The translations under genes were made by a program, and so were the position numbers. The notes under the pieces are model-generated. The model saw only the letters and a list, made by a program, of their open reading frames with translations. It ran no database searches and was not told the DNA's origin. A DNA stretch of 64,000 nt, taken from Flavobacteriales bacterium (GTDB taxonomy: Bacteria; Bacteroidota; Bacteroidia; Flavobacteriales; Flavobacteriaceae). Of this stretch, positions 1-8,436 are shown piece after piece (the stretch's first letter is position 1; each line of letters begins with the position of its first letter). The stretch is taken from NCBI GenBank assembly GCA_017302935.1, contig JAFLBT010000001.1:15429-79428 (forward strand), written 5' to 3'.

Positions 1-360
1 ATTTCTCATCTCCTTTCTGTTATAACATTATCATCTGTAATGATGGTTAGCTGTAAAAATGAAACAAAAGAAAACACTGATAACCCTACGGCAACTACCG
101 AAGAAACGCAAGATCAACCGGCTCAATTGGCTACTGCATCTTTTACAGTTGAAGGCATGCACTGCGAAGTTGGTTGTGCGGGGCATTTAGAAAAAAAATT
201 AGCGAAATTAGACGGTGTTAAAAAAGCAGAAATTGATTTTGAATCGAAAAAAGCAACCGTAGAATACGATGCAAATAAAATTACTGCTGAAATTTTAGTT
301 CAAACCGTTGAGGGAGCTGCCGACGGAAAAACATATAAAGTAAGTGATGTAAAATCATAA
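1..360 (+). CDS. Heavy-metal-associated (HMA/CopZ-like) domain lipoprotein, 5' truncated
   Basis: Frame 1 is open from base 1 (ISHLLSVITLSSVMMVSCK, lipobox-like VSC). HMA motif FTVEGMHCEVGC and HMA-like tail ATVEYD. Confidence 0.85.
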   Translation: MSHLLSVITLSSVMMVSCKNETKENTDNPTATTEETQDQPAQLATASFTVEGMHCEVGCAGHLEKKLAKLDGVKKAEIDFESKKATVEYDANKITAEILVQTVEGAADGKTYKVSDVKS

Positions 361-390
361 TAAAAAAGAGTTCCTAGGAACTCTTTTTTA
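361..390. terminator. Bidirectional intrinsic terminator (perfect 30-bp palindrome)
   Basis: TAAAAAAGAGTTCCTAGGAACTCTTTTTTA lies between convergent genes. Confidence 0.85.
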
Positions 391-463
391 TTTCTTCCAA
401 CACATTACCAGCATCGATAGTGCGAGTTATTGTCGACTTCATAGCAAAATAAAAACTGTAAAT

Positions 464-1228
464 TTAAATATCCTGAAAACAAACCGTTAACATTTGATAC
501 AAATCAGGGTGTTTCTTTTTCATTTGTTCAGGTTTTTCAAAAAAATATTCGGCAGCCACGGCCAAAAATTCGGCTTGGTTGGTGCCACCATAATGCCGAA
601 TATCGGATTCATTGTTGTTGATTTCCTCCATTTTTTCATGAATGATTTTAAGCCACGGAATTACATAGGGTTTTTGAAGTAACACTTCAGGAACACCATC
701 GGTGCGACCATCAAGTTTATCTATCAAATGCACAAATTCATGAATACCTGTGTTGAATTTTGGTGTAAGGGGCGAAAAACCTTCGTGCAATGCTTTTCTA
801 GAAAGAATCATTTGGTTTTCAAAACGTCCGTTGCCAACCAAACCACCAATATTACGGTTTTTGTCATTTTGAGCAAAACCTAAATCTTCATTAAAATGAT
901 CAGGATAAACCAACACTGTACTTAGGTTGCGGTAATGCCATTCAGAGAAATTAAAAACCGGAATCACAGCACTGGAAGCAATATATACTTTATCTAAATC
1001 ATTCAACTCAAAACCAACGCTTTCCAGATGAATTTCGCTTAAAAAAATCATCATTCTGCTTTGAAAACGTTTTTGTTCTTCTGGAGATAAGTCATCATAA
1101 AACGAGACATGTTTCAAAAGCAAACTGTGCCAATTGGTCGGGAATTCCTGCACATTCTTTTTTTGACTAGTTTTCAACGCAAAAATGACAAAACCAATTA
1201 GTAAAGAAAATAAAATCAGCGTTGTCAT
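464..1228 (-). CDS. MtfA/peptidase M90-like zinc-dependent peptidase
   Basis: HEFVH zincin motif, YGGTNQAEFLAVAAEYFFEKP and HP.LY motifs. Start re-set to MTTLILFS at 1228 (ORF track extends to 1351). Confidence 0.85.
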   Translation of the reverse strand: MTTLILFSLLIGFVIFALKTSQKKNVQEFPTNWHSLLLKHVSFYDDLSPEEQKRFQSRMMIFLSEIHLESVGFELNDLDKVYIASSAVIPVFNFSEWHYRNLSTVLVYPDHFNEDLGFAQNDKNRNIGGLVGNGRFENQMILSRKALHEGFSPLTPKFNTGIHEFVHLIDKLDGRTDGVPEVLLQKPYVIPWLKIIHEKMEEINNNESDIRHYGGTNQAEFLAVAAEYFFEKPEQMKKKHPDLYQMLTVCFQDI

Positions 1229-1355
1229 AAGCAGTTGATTGAATTTAAAGTGAGAAAGTAGTGATGTAAAAATGCAAACAAAAAGTATAATTTTGAATGT
1301 AATTTGGTAAAAGATTTGAGTAATTTCTACATTGTTATATAGACAATTCAACTAA

Positions 1356-1919
1356 TTACTTCTTCCAACTCATTGTCTCCAATAACGTTTTCATATCATC
1401 TTTGATATAACTTGCTGCCGGCATGATGGAATCAAAATTAGGTTTAGTATAAAAATAAACCGAACCGGTCACAAAATGATTGATAGAATCGGTGGCGTAA
1501 AATTGTGTATTAGTAGCGGCATTCCCTCCTACTTGATAAAACATGCCATATACTTTATTTTGAGTATTGATGAACGGCGTTTCAACAATATCATCCGCTT
1601 TGATAACATGTTCATAGGTAAGTTTTTGGGCATCTTTTAATAAATCATTGATGTTATTGTTCACTTTTCGATACGTCAAATAAACCGTAGCTTTCATTTT
1701 AGGATATTGAATCGTGATATCGCATTTTTCATTTACTTTTAAATTAGCATCAATATTGTAATCAAATTGATAGGCACACGGACTATCAAATCGCTCGTAT
1801 TGGGCTAGTTGATAATCCAATCGAAGTAAGGCGTTTGGCTTGGGTAAAAGTTCTTCCTTGCAACTCCACAACAATAAAAAGGATATGCTCAAACATACTA
1901 ACTTGACTATTTTATTCAT
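1356..1919 (-). CDS. gldD: Gliding motility lipoprotein GldD
   Basis: Lipobox WSC, PKPNALLRLDY, QKLTYEHVIKAD, VGGNAATNTQFYATDS. Lies directly downstream of gldE. Confidence 0.93.
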   Translation of the reverse strand: MNKIVKLVCLSISFLLLWSCKEELLPKPNALLRLDYQLAQYERFDSPCAYQFDYNIDANLKVNEKCDITIQYPKMKATVYLTYRKVNNNINDLLKDAQKLTYEHVIKADDIVETPFINTQNKVYGMFYQVGGNAATNTQFYATDSINHFVTGSVYFYTKPNFDSIMPAASYIKDDMKTLLETMSWKK

Positions 1920-3207
1920 CTACCACTACTTTTATTTGTTTTACTCTTTTTTTATCAACCGATTCAATTATAAAAGTACAATTGTCAAAACCAATTTTTT
2001 GTCCTTTACGAGGAAAAGTGCCGAGAATTTCTAAAATAAATCCGGCTAATGTTTCGGCTTCTCCTTTTTTGCTCTCAAACCAATCTTCGTTCACATCCAC
2101 AATTCTGTAAAAATCTTTCAAATTGATTTTGCCTTCAAACAAAAACGTTCGTTCATCAATTTGTGAATAATTGATGTTTTCATCATCAAATTCATCACTA
2201 ATATCACCCACAATTTCTTCAATAATATCTTCCAAAGTAATCACTCCGGAAGTTCCTCCATATTCATCTACCACAATCGCAAGGTGATTTTTCATGCCTT
2301 GAAAATCTTTCAAAAGATTATCCAATTTTTTATTTTCTGGCACAAAAAAAGGTTCTCTTAACAAGGTTGTCCAATTAAAATCTGTTTTGTCTATGTGCGG
2401 TAATAAATCCTTAACGAATAAAACGCCTTCTATCTGGTCAATATTATCACGATAAACCGGAATTCTCGAATAACCTTTGTCTAAAATCTTCGTTAAAACA
2501 TCTTTGAATGATTCTTCTATTTCCAAAGCAAACACATCTATTCTCGGACTCATAACTTGGCTGGTATCTGTATTTCCAAAAGAAACAATGCCTTCTAAAA
2601 TCTTTTGTTCTTCCTGCGAAGTATCTTCATTTGACGTTAATTCTAATGCTTGTGAAAGTTGATTAACAGAAATATTACTTTTTTGTTTCGCTAACTTATT
2701 TTCCAAAAAGAGTGTTATCGCCCTCATAGGCATATTTAAAGGCACTAAAAGCGTATTCAAAACTTCTATCGGCAATGAAATAAAAATTGAAAACGTAACA
2801 TTGTTTCGATTCGCATATACTTTTGGCAAAACTTCACCAAAAAAGAGAATCAAAAAAGTTACTACTCCAACTTCAACGGTAAACCGCAACCATTCATATT
2901 GAATTTGATTAAATAAATCATCCTTAATAAAGGAGAAGATAATGACGATACCAATGTTAATAAAATTATTCGCAATTAAAATCGTTGCCAATAATTTTTT
3001 TGGTTTTTCTAACAGCGAAATTATCCGATTTCCGGCAGTTGTGTTTTTATCTACCGCATCATCTATATCTTTTTGCGAAAGCGAAAACAATGCTACCTCA
3101 GCACCGGAAATCAATGCTGACAATACAAGCAAAAATAGGATACCCAAAATGCCGGGCAATAATCCAGTAGTATAATCGAAAAAAAAACTCGAGGGGTCTG
3201 AGTCCAA
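1912..3207 (-). CDS. gldE: Gliding motility-associated CNNM/CBS-domain protein GldE
   Basis: DUF21 TM region (SGAEVALFSL, FGEVLPK), CBS pair (YSRIPVY, VVDEYGGTSG, TLEDIIEEIVG), CorC domain. Synteny with gldD. Confidence 0.9.
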   Translation of the reverse strand: MDSDPSSFFFDYTTGLLPGILGILFLLVLSALISGAEVALFSLSQKDIDDAVDKNTTAGNRIISLLEKPKKLLATILIANNFINIGIVIIFSFIKDDLFNQIQYEWLRFTVEVGVVTFLILFFGEVLPKVYANRNNVTFSIFISLPIEVLNTLLVPLNMPMRAITLFLENKLAKQKSNISVNQLSQALELTSNEDTSQEEQKILEGIVSFGNTDTSQVMSPRIDVFALEIEESFKDVLTKILDKGYSRIPVYRDNIDQIEGVLFVKDLLPHIDKTDFNWTTLLREPFFVPENKKLDNLLKDFQGMKNHLAIVVDEYGGTSGVITLEDIIEEIVGDISDEFDDENINYSQIDERTFLFEGKINLKDFYRIVDVNEDWFESKKGEAETLAGFILEILGTFPRKGQKIGFDNCTFIIESVDKKRVKQIKVVVDE

Positions 3208-3234
3208 ATGAAAGGGTTTTAATTAAACTTCTAT

Positions 3235-3666
3235 TTAATGATCGTCGTGGCTATTATGTGGGTCAAAATTAGAATTTTTTATTGAATCAGGAACATTCCC
3301 AACTGTATGTTTATTGTATTCTGATTCTTTTTTAGTGGTCAAAAACGTAAATTCAGTAACTTGAATTTCGGTGGTATATTTAGTTTGACCGTCTTCTGCT
3401 TGCCATTGTCTGGATTTAATTCTGCCTTCAACATAAATTTTATCACCTTTGGACAAATATTTTTCACAAATTTCGGCGGCTTTGTTTCGTACAACCAAAT
3501 TGTGCCATTCGGTTGACGTAATTTTTTCATTAGTCGATTTGTTGATGTAAACTTCATTCGTAGCTAATGGAAATCGACCGATACAATTTCCTCCTTCAAA
3601 ATAATGCATTTTTACGTCGTCACCCAAGTGACCAATCAACATAACTTTATTCAATGTGGCATTCAT
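3235..3666 (-). CDS. ssb: Single-stranded DNA-binding protein
   Basis: LNKVMLIGHLG, TEWHNLV, KGDKIYVEGRI OB-fold motifs. Confidence 0.95.
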   Translation of the reverse strand: MNATLNKVMLIGHLGDDVKMHYFEGGNCIGRFPLATNEVYINKSTNEKITSTEWHNLVVRNKAAEICEKYLSKGDKIYVEGRIKSRQWQAEDGQTKYTTEIQVTEFTFLTTKKESEYNKHTVGNVPDSIKNSNFDPHNSHDDH

Positions 3667-3716
3667 ATAATATAATTGTTTTTGGATTAAATCAAAGTTA
3701 CGAATTAATTACAACT

Positions 3717-4754
3717 TTAGAAATACTTTTCAATAAAATTGTAAACAACAATTGGAAATGGTCTTTTTTTAATTTCTTCCCATGAAAGAGCTGCTGTATT
3801 TTTACCTCCCGTTTTAATCCACCAAAATTTGATAAATAACTTTTGATGCGATAGAATATGAATAATACTTTCGTCATTCATTTCAATAATTTCTAAAATA
3901 GAATGTTCGACTACTGATTTTTTTTCAATAAGATTGGAAAGCTCTTTTAAATCTATTTCACCTTCCGTTTCCAACAATGGAAATTCATACAAATTATACC
4001 AAATTCCTTTTTGTGTTCGTTTTTGAATTACGATGTTTTGATGTTCATCTTCTACGATTAAATAATTAAAGTAACGATTCGTTTGCTTAGTTTTTTTCAA
4101 TTTTACCGGAAGCTCATTCACTTTTTTATGTTGTAAAGCAGCACAACTATCTTTTACAACACAAACCGTACAATCCGGATTTTTAGGAACACATTGCAAA
4201 GCTCCAAACTCCATAATGGCTTGATTGTATAGTGATGGATATTGGCGACTCATCACTTCATTTGCAAGTACATTAAATTCGGTTTTCCCTTTTGGGGAAG
4301 AAATATCAGTTGAAATTCCGTAGTATCGAGAAAGCACTCGAAACACATTTCCATCTAAAACAGCAACCGGCTCTTCATAACAAAATGAAGCAATTGCGGC
4401 AGCTGTATAACTACCTACCCCTTTTAATTGTAGCAATTCTTTGTATGATTTTGGAAATTCTCCATCATATTGTAAAGCAATCGTTTTTGCGGTTTGATGT
4501 AAATTTCTTGCTCTTGAATAATACCCTAATCCTTGCCAAAGCTTTAAAATTTCTTCTTCGGAGGCTTCTGCCAAGTCATAAACCGTTGGAAAAGTATTCA
4601 AAAACGATTCAAAATAAGGCAGTCCTTGAGCTACTCTAGTTTGTTGAAGTATAATTTCAGATAACCAAACCGGATAAGGATGAGTTGTATTCCGCCAAGG
4701 TAAATCTCTTTTATTTTCTAAATACCATTCAATAAGCTTTTTAGAAAAATCCAT
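3717..4754 (-). CDS. mutY: A/G-specific adenine glycosylase
   Basis: RDLPWR, SEIILQQT, GLGYYSRARNL, HhH LKGVGSYTA, DGNVFRV, 4Fe-4S CxxxxxxCxxCxxxxxC. Confidence 0.97.
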   Translation of the reverse strand: MDFSKKLIEWYLENKRDLPWRNTTHPYPVWLSEIILQQTRVAQGLPYFESFLNTFPTVYDLAEASEEEILKLWQGLGYYSRARNLHQTAKTIALQYDGEFPKSYKELLQLKGVGSYTAAAIASFCYEEPVAVLDGNVFRVLSRYYGISTDISSPKGKTEFNVLANEVMSRQYPSLYNQAIMEFGALQCVPKNPDCTVCVVKDSCAALQHKKVNELPVKLKKTKQTNRYFNYLIVEDEHQNIVIQKRTQKGIWYNLYEFPLLETEGEIDLKELSNLIEKKSVVEHSILEIIEMNDESIIHILSHQKLFIKFWWIKTGGKNTAALSWEEIKKRPFPIVVYNFIEKYF

Positions 4755-4838
4755 AGTTTTTAATTAGGTTAACAAAAGTATATCTTTATGTGATTAAATT
4801 TTAATCAATTATGCTTGAATATTTGTTTTTTTAATTTG

Positions 4839-4846
4839 TATATTTG
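4839..4846 (+). promoter_or_regulatory. Bacteroidota sigma-70 -7 element upstream of HU gene
   Basis: TATATTTG matches TAnnTTTG, with TTG 21 bp upstream. Confidence 0.65.
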
Positions 4847-4887
4847 CACTCTCAAAAATTTACACATAAAAATTAAAACGAAACAAA

Positions 4888-5181
4888 ATGACGAAAGCAG
4901 ATATCGTAGCGAAGATTTCAGAAAAATTAGGACTTGAAAAAGGAGATGTTCAAGCAACAGTTGAATCTTTTATGGAGGAGGTAAAAAACTCTCTTGAAAC
5001 AGGAGACAATGTTTATTTAAGAGGTTTTGGAAGTTTTATCATCAAAACTAGAGCTGAAAAAACAGGAAGAAACATTTCTAAAAACACTACAATCAAAATT
5101 CCTGCACACAACATCCCTGCATTCAAACCGGCTAAGGTTTTTGTAGAAGGTGTAAAAACAAACACTGAAGTTACAGTATAA
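4888..5181 (+). CDS. HU/IHF family DNA-binding protein
   Basis: MTKADIV, VYLRGFGSF, GRNISK, IPAHNIPAFKP. Confidence 0.95.
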   Translation: MTKADIVAKISEKLGLEKGDVQATVESFMEEVKNSLETGDNVYLRGFGSFIIKTRAEKTGRNISKNTTIKIPAHNIPAFKPAKVFVEGVKTNTEVTV

Positions 5182-5210
5182 ATTATTATTAATAGCAAAA
5201 AGATCACACT

Positions 5211-5303
5211 ATGCCAAGTGGAAAAAAGAGAAAAAGACATAAGGTAGCGACGCACAAACGTAAAAAAAGAGCGAGAGCTAACCGTCACAAAAAGAAAAAG
5301 TAG
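5211..5303 (+). CDS. 30-aa basic protein, 30S ribosomal protein bS22-like (absent from ORF track)
   Basis: Hand translation gives MPSGKKRKRHKVATHKRKKRARANRHKKKK*. Resembles the bS22/mS38 (AURKAIP1/COX24) family from memory. Confidence 0.85.
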   Translation: MPSGKKRKRHKVATHKRKKRARANRHKKKK

Positions 5304-5432
5304 TTCTAAACTACTTTTTTCTTTTACAACAAGTTCTTTGAAATGAAACAGTAAAAAACAATAACTGTTTCACCGGGTACAAAAACTACCTGTTTAAAAT
5401 ATTGTTTAATCCATCCTTACGTAAGGTTGATT

Positions 5433-5491
5433 GGTTAACAGTTGCTAGTTGATGGTTTTACCAACAACAGACAACCGACAACCGACAACTA
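5433..5491. repeat. Converging heptamer arrays (GTT-period-7 arm facing ACAACCG arm)
   Basis: GTT at 5434/5441/5448/5455, then ACAACAG ACAACCG ACAACCG ACAACTA. Confidence 0.75.
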
Positions 5492-5516
5492 AATTGTTCG
5501 GATAAAAATTTACACC

Positions 5517-7061
5517 GTGAATAAAGAATTGATCATTAGGTCAGGTTCCGATGCTGTAGATTTTGCCATATTAAAAGATGGAAAACTAATAGAATTACAC
5601 AAAGAAGAAGAAAGCAAAAACGGTTTTCAAGTAGGCGATATTTTTATTGCTAAAATCAGAAAACCGGTACCGGGTCTTAATGCCGCATTTGTGCATTTAG
5701 GTTTTGAAAAAGATGCCTTTTTACATTACCACGACCTAGGTCCGAATCTACCTTCTTTGTTAAAATTCACTAAACTTGTAAGCACAGGTAAACTAAAAGA
5801 TTTCTCCCTTAAAAACTTTCAGTTTGAAAAAGAGATTGACAAAGACGGAACCATTACCGATGTTTTAAGTGCTAATCAATCCGTTTTGGTACAAATCGTG
5901 AAAGAACCGATTTCAACAAAAGGACCACGTATTAGTTCTGAACTTTCCTTAGCGGGAAGATACATTGTATTAGTTCCTTTTTCTGATAGAGTTTCTGTTT
6001 CTCAAAAAATAGATTCCAAAGAAGAAAAAGACCGTTTAAAAAAACTTGTCCAATCCATCAAACCTAAAGGTTTTGGTGTTATTGTTCGTACAGTAGCACA
6101 AGGCAAAAAAATAGCCGAACTCGACCAAGACATGCAGCAGTTATTAAACAAATGGGCTGCCATGTGTAAAAAATTACCGACGGCTCATCATCCTTCAAAA
6201 GTATTAAGTGAAGTAAACAGAACCTCTTCTATATTAAGAGACATTTTCAACGATACTTTCACCGGAATTTACATTGATGATGAAGAGTTGTTTGAGCAAA
6301 CAAAAGATGCTATTGAAGAAATTGATGCTTCAAAAGCCAACATCGTGAAGCTATATCAATCAAAAGAATTACCAATTTTTGAAAAGTACCACATTGAGCG
6401 TCAAATCAAAACCTCTTTCGGAAAAACAGTTTCCATGAGCAAAGGTGCTTATTTGATAATTGAACATACCGAAGCTCTTCATGTTATTGATGTGAATAGT
6501 GGAAATCGTTCTAATAAAGCTCAAAACCAGGAAGAAACCGCATTGGAAGTAAACATGATTGCCGCTGCTGAAGTAGCCAGACAGTTGCGTTTGCGAGATA
6601 TGGGGGGAATTATTGTCGTTGATTTTATTGACATGCAAAATCCTGAAAACAGAAAAGTACTTTTTGATTTTCTTCGTGAAGAAATGAGCGACGATAAAGC
6701 AAAACACAAAATCTTACCGCCAAGTAAATTCGGTTTAATCCAAATTACAAGACAACGCGTAAGACCGGAAGTCAACATTAAAACCCGAGAAGAAGATCCT
6801 AACAACGGAACTGGAGAAATAGATGCTCCAATTCAAGTGATTGATAAAATTTCTCTCGATGTTGAACGACTAAAAGACCACAAAAAATTGGTGCTAAACG
6901 CCCATCCTTTTGTGGCAGCCTACCTAACCAAAGGTTTTCCATCATTACGTTCAAAATGGTTTTTTGAACATAAAAAATGGGTGAAAATTATACCTCGTGA
7001 TGCTTACACGTTCTTACAATATCATTTTTTTGACAAAGATGGTAATGTAATCAAAGATTAA
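5517..7061 (+). CDS. rng: Ribonuclease G / Rne-Rng family
   Basis: S1 domain (GLNAAFVHLG), KGPRISSELSLAGRY, IDVNSG, ARQLRLRDMGGIIVVDFIDM. Confidence 0.93.
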   Translation: MNKELIIRSGSDAVDFAILKDGKLIELHKEEESKNGFQVGDIFIAKIRKPVPGLNAAFVHLGFEKDAFLHYHDLGPNLPSLLKFTKLVSTGKLKDFSLKNFQFEKEIDKDGTITDVLSANQSVLVQIVKEPISTKGPRISSELSLAGRYIVLVPFSDRVSVSQKIDSKEEKDRLKKLVQSIKPKGFGVIVRTVAQGKKIAELDQDMQQLLNKWAAMCKKLPTAHHPSKVLSEVNRTSSILRDIFNDTFTGIYIDDEELFEQTKDAIEEIDASKANIVKLYQSKELPIFEKYHIERQIKTSFGKTVSMSKGAYLIIEHTEALHVIDVNSGNRSNKAQNQEETALEVNMIAAAEVARQLRLRDMGGIIVVDFIDMQNPENRKVLFDFLREEMSDDKAKHKILPPSKFGLIQITRQRVRPEVNIKTREEDPNNGTGEIDAPIQVIDKISLDVERLKDHKKLVLNAHPFVAAYLTKGFPSLRSKWFFEHKKWVKIIPRDAYTFLQYHFFDKDGNVIKD

Positions 7062-7065
7062 AGAT

Positions 7066-7098
7066 AAACGTCTGCCTTTTGGTGGGCGTTTTTTTTTT
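7066..7098 (+). terminator. Intrinsic terminator
   Basis: AAACGTCTGCC-TTTT-GGTGGGCGTTT followed by a T run. Confidence 0.8.
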
Positions 7099-7129
7099 GG
7101 GGTTTTGTCAATAGATATTCTTGGTTTTT

Positions 7130-7158
7130 GCCACGAATTTCACGAATTTGCACCAATT
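7130..7158 (+). repeat. GCCAC-type iteron cluster (CACGAATT x3)
   Basis: GCCACGAATT T CACGAATT TG CACCAATT. Related copy at 62619-62646. Confidence 0.6.
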
Positions 7159-7232
7159 ATGAGTTTGTATCAAGAAGTGTTTATTTTTTTGATTTCATAA
7201 AAACTGATAATTGATAAAGATTTTCACCGTCT

Positions 7233-7267
7233 CGTCTCCCCCTCCTTTGGAGAGGGTTGGGGGGAGG
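7233..7267 (-). repeat. REP-like GC-rich palindromic element
   Basis: Reverse complement CCTCCCCCCAACCCTCTCCAAAGGAGGGGGAG closely resembles 37744-37779. Confidence 0.7.
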
Positions 7268-7285
7268 TTAAAAAAATTTTACCCT

Positions 7286-8254
7286 ATGAAAATAAAAGTC
7301 TTACTACTCCTTACTTCATGGATAATCTTCCAAACCAAAACCTCAGCTCAATCGGGTTGTACAGACGTTTTGGCTAAAAATTACAATGCCAATGCAGTTG
7401 AAAACGATGGAAGTTGCAATTATAAAAAACTAAAAATAAAAGATTTTACTTCAATTATTTTAAGTGACTCATTAAATGAAACTTCAGGTTTGGTAGAATG
7501 GGAAAAACATTTTTATACGCACAATGACGATACCGATTTGCATCTTTATCAATTGGATAAAAAAGGTTCAATCACAAAAAAAATAATGCTAAGCGGCATC
7601 AAAAACAAAGATTGGGAAGAAATTACACAAGATAAAACCCATTTTTACTTAGGTGATTTTGGCAACAATTCCAAAGGAAACCGAACCAATTTAACCATTT
7701 ATAAAATAGCAAAAGAGTTATTATTTAACCATCCTAAAATTGAAAAAATCACTTTTTCTTATCCAGAACAAACTGACTTTTCAAAACAAAAAAACAAAAC
7801 AACCGACTTTGATTGTGAGGCATTTATTGCCACCGAAAATGAATTATTTTTGTTTACCAAGCAATGGACTAACAATCAAACAGCCGTTTATCGTTTACCT
7901 AAAGAACCCGGAAATCACAAAGCAGAATACATTACCACTTTGCAAGTTAATGGTTTGATAACCGGAGCCAATTATTTAGCATCCAAAAACCTAATCTCAC
8001 TTTGTGGTTATTCCAAAAAATTAAAGCCATTCCTTTTCCTTATTTCAGATTGGAAAAACACAAATTTCGGAAATGCTAATAAACGAAAAATAAAACTCTC
8101 TTTACCTTTTCATCAAATTGAAGCTATCAGTACAACAAATGGGACAGATTATTTCATCACTAATGAACGATTTTCAACTAAAGTAATTGGAACACTTGAA
8201 CAACAATTGCATTCATTTACTTTAGATAATTTAGAAGAAGATACTGAAAAGTAA
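7286..8254 (+). CDS. Secreted hypothetical protein (GCTD..A.NY..DGSC motif plus probable beta-propeller-like domain)
   Basis: Signal peptide from MKIKVLLL, GCTDVLAKNYNANAVENDGSCNY, NETSGL, DWEEI, YLGDFGNN, FDCEA. The upstream extension in the ORF track reads through the REP element. Confidence 0.75.
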   Translation: MKIKVLLLLTSWIIFQTKTSAQSGCTDVLAKNYNANAVENDGSCNYKKLKIKDFTSIILSDSLNETSGLVEWEKHFYTHNDDTDLHLYQLDKKGSITKKIMLSGIKNKDWEEITQDKTHFYLGDFGNNSKGNRTNLTIYKIAKELLFNHPKIEKITFSYPEQTDFSKQKNKTTDFDCEAFIATENELFLFTKQWTNNQTAVYRLPKEPGNHKAEYITTLQVNGLITGANYLASKNLISLCGYSKKLKPFLFLISDWKNTNFGNANKRKIKLSLPFHQIEAISTTNGTDYFITNERFSTKVIGTLEQQLHSFTLDNLEEDTEK

Positions 8255-8436
8255 ACTTTACTAACTTCAATAATGAGATTCTGTAGAATTTGATTTACAA
8301 ATGACAAGATTTTAAGTTTTAATTTATCAAAGTAATTAAAAATCATTTACTTTTGTAATCGAATACTATACATAGGCAATAAACAACATAACTACCTGTT
8401 TTTCAATTATTATTTAAATAATTATACTGATTGACT

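Noticed and set aside
7211-7285. N-terminal extension in the ORF track
   Set aside because: It reads through the REP-like element (SPPPLERVGGR). The signal peptide begins at the ATG at 7286.
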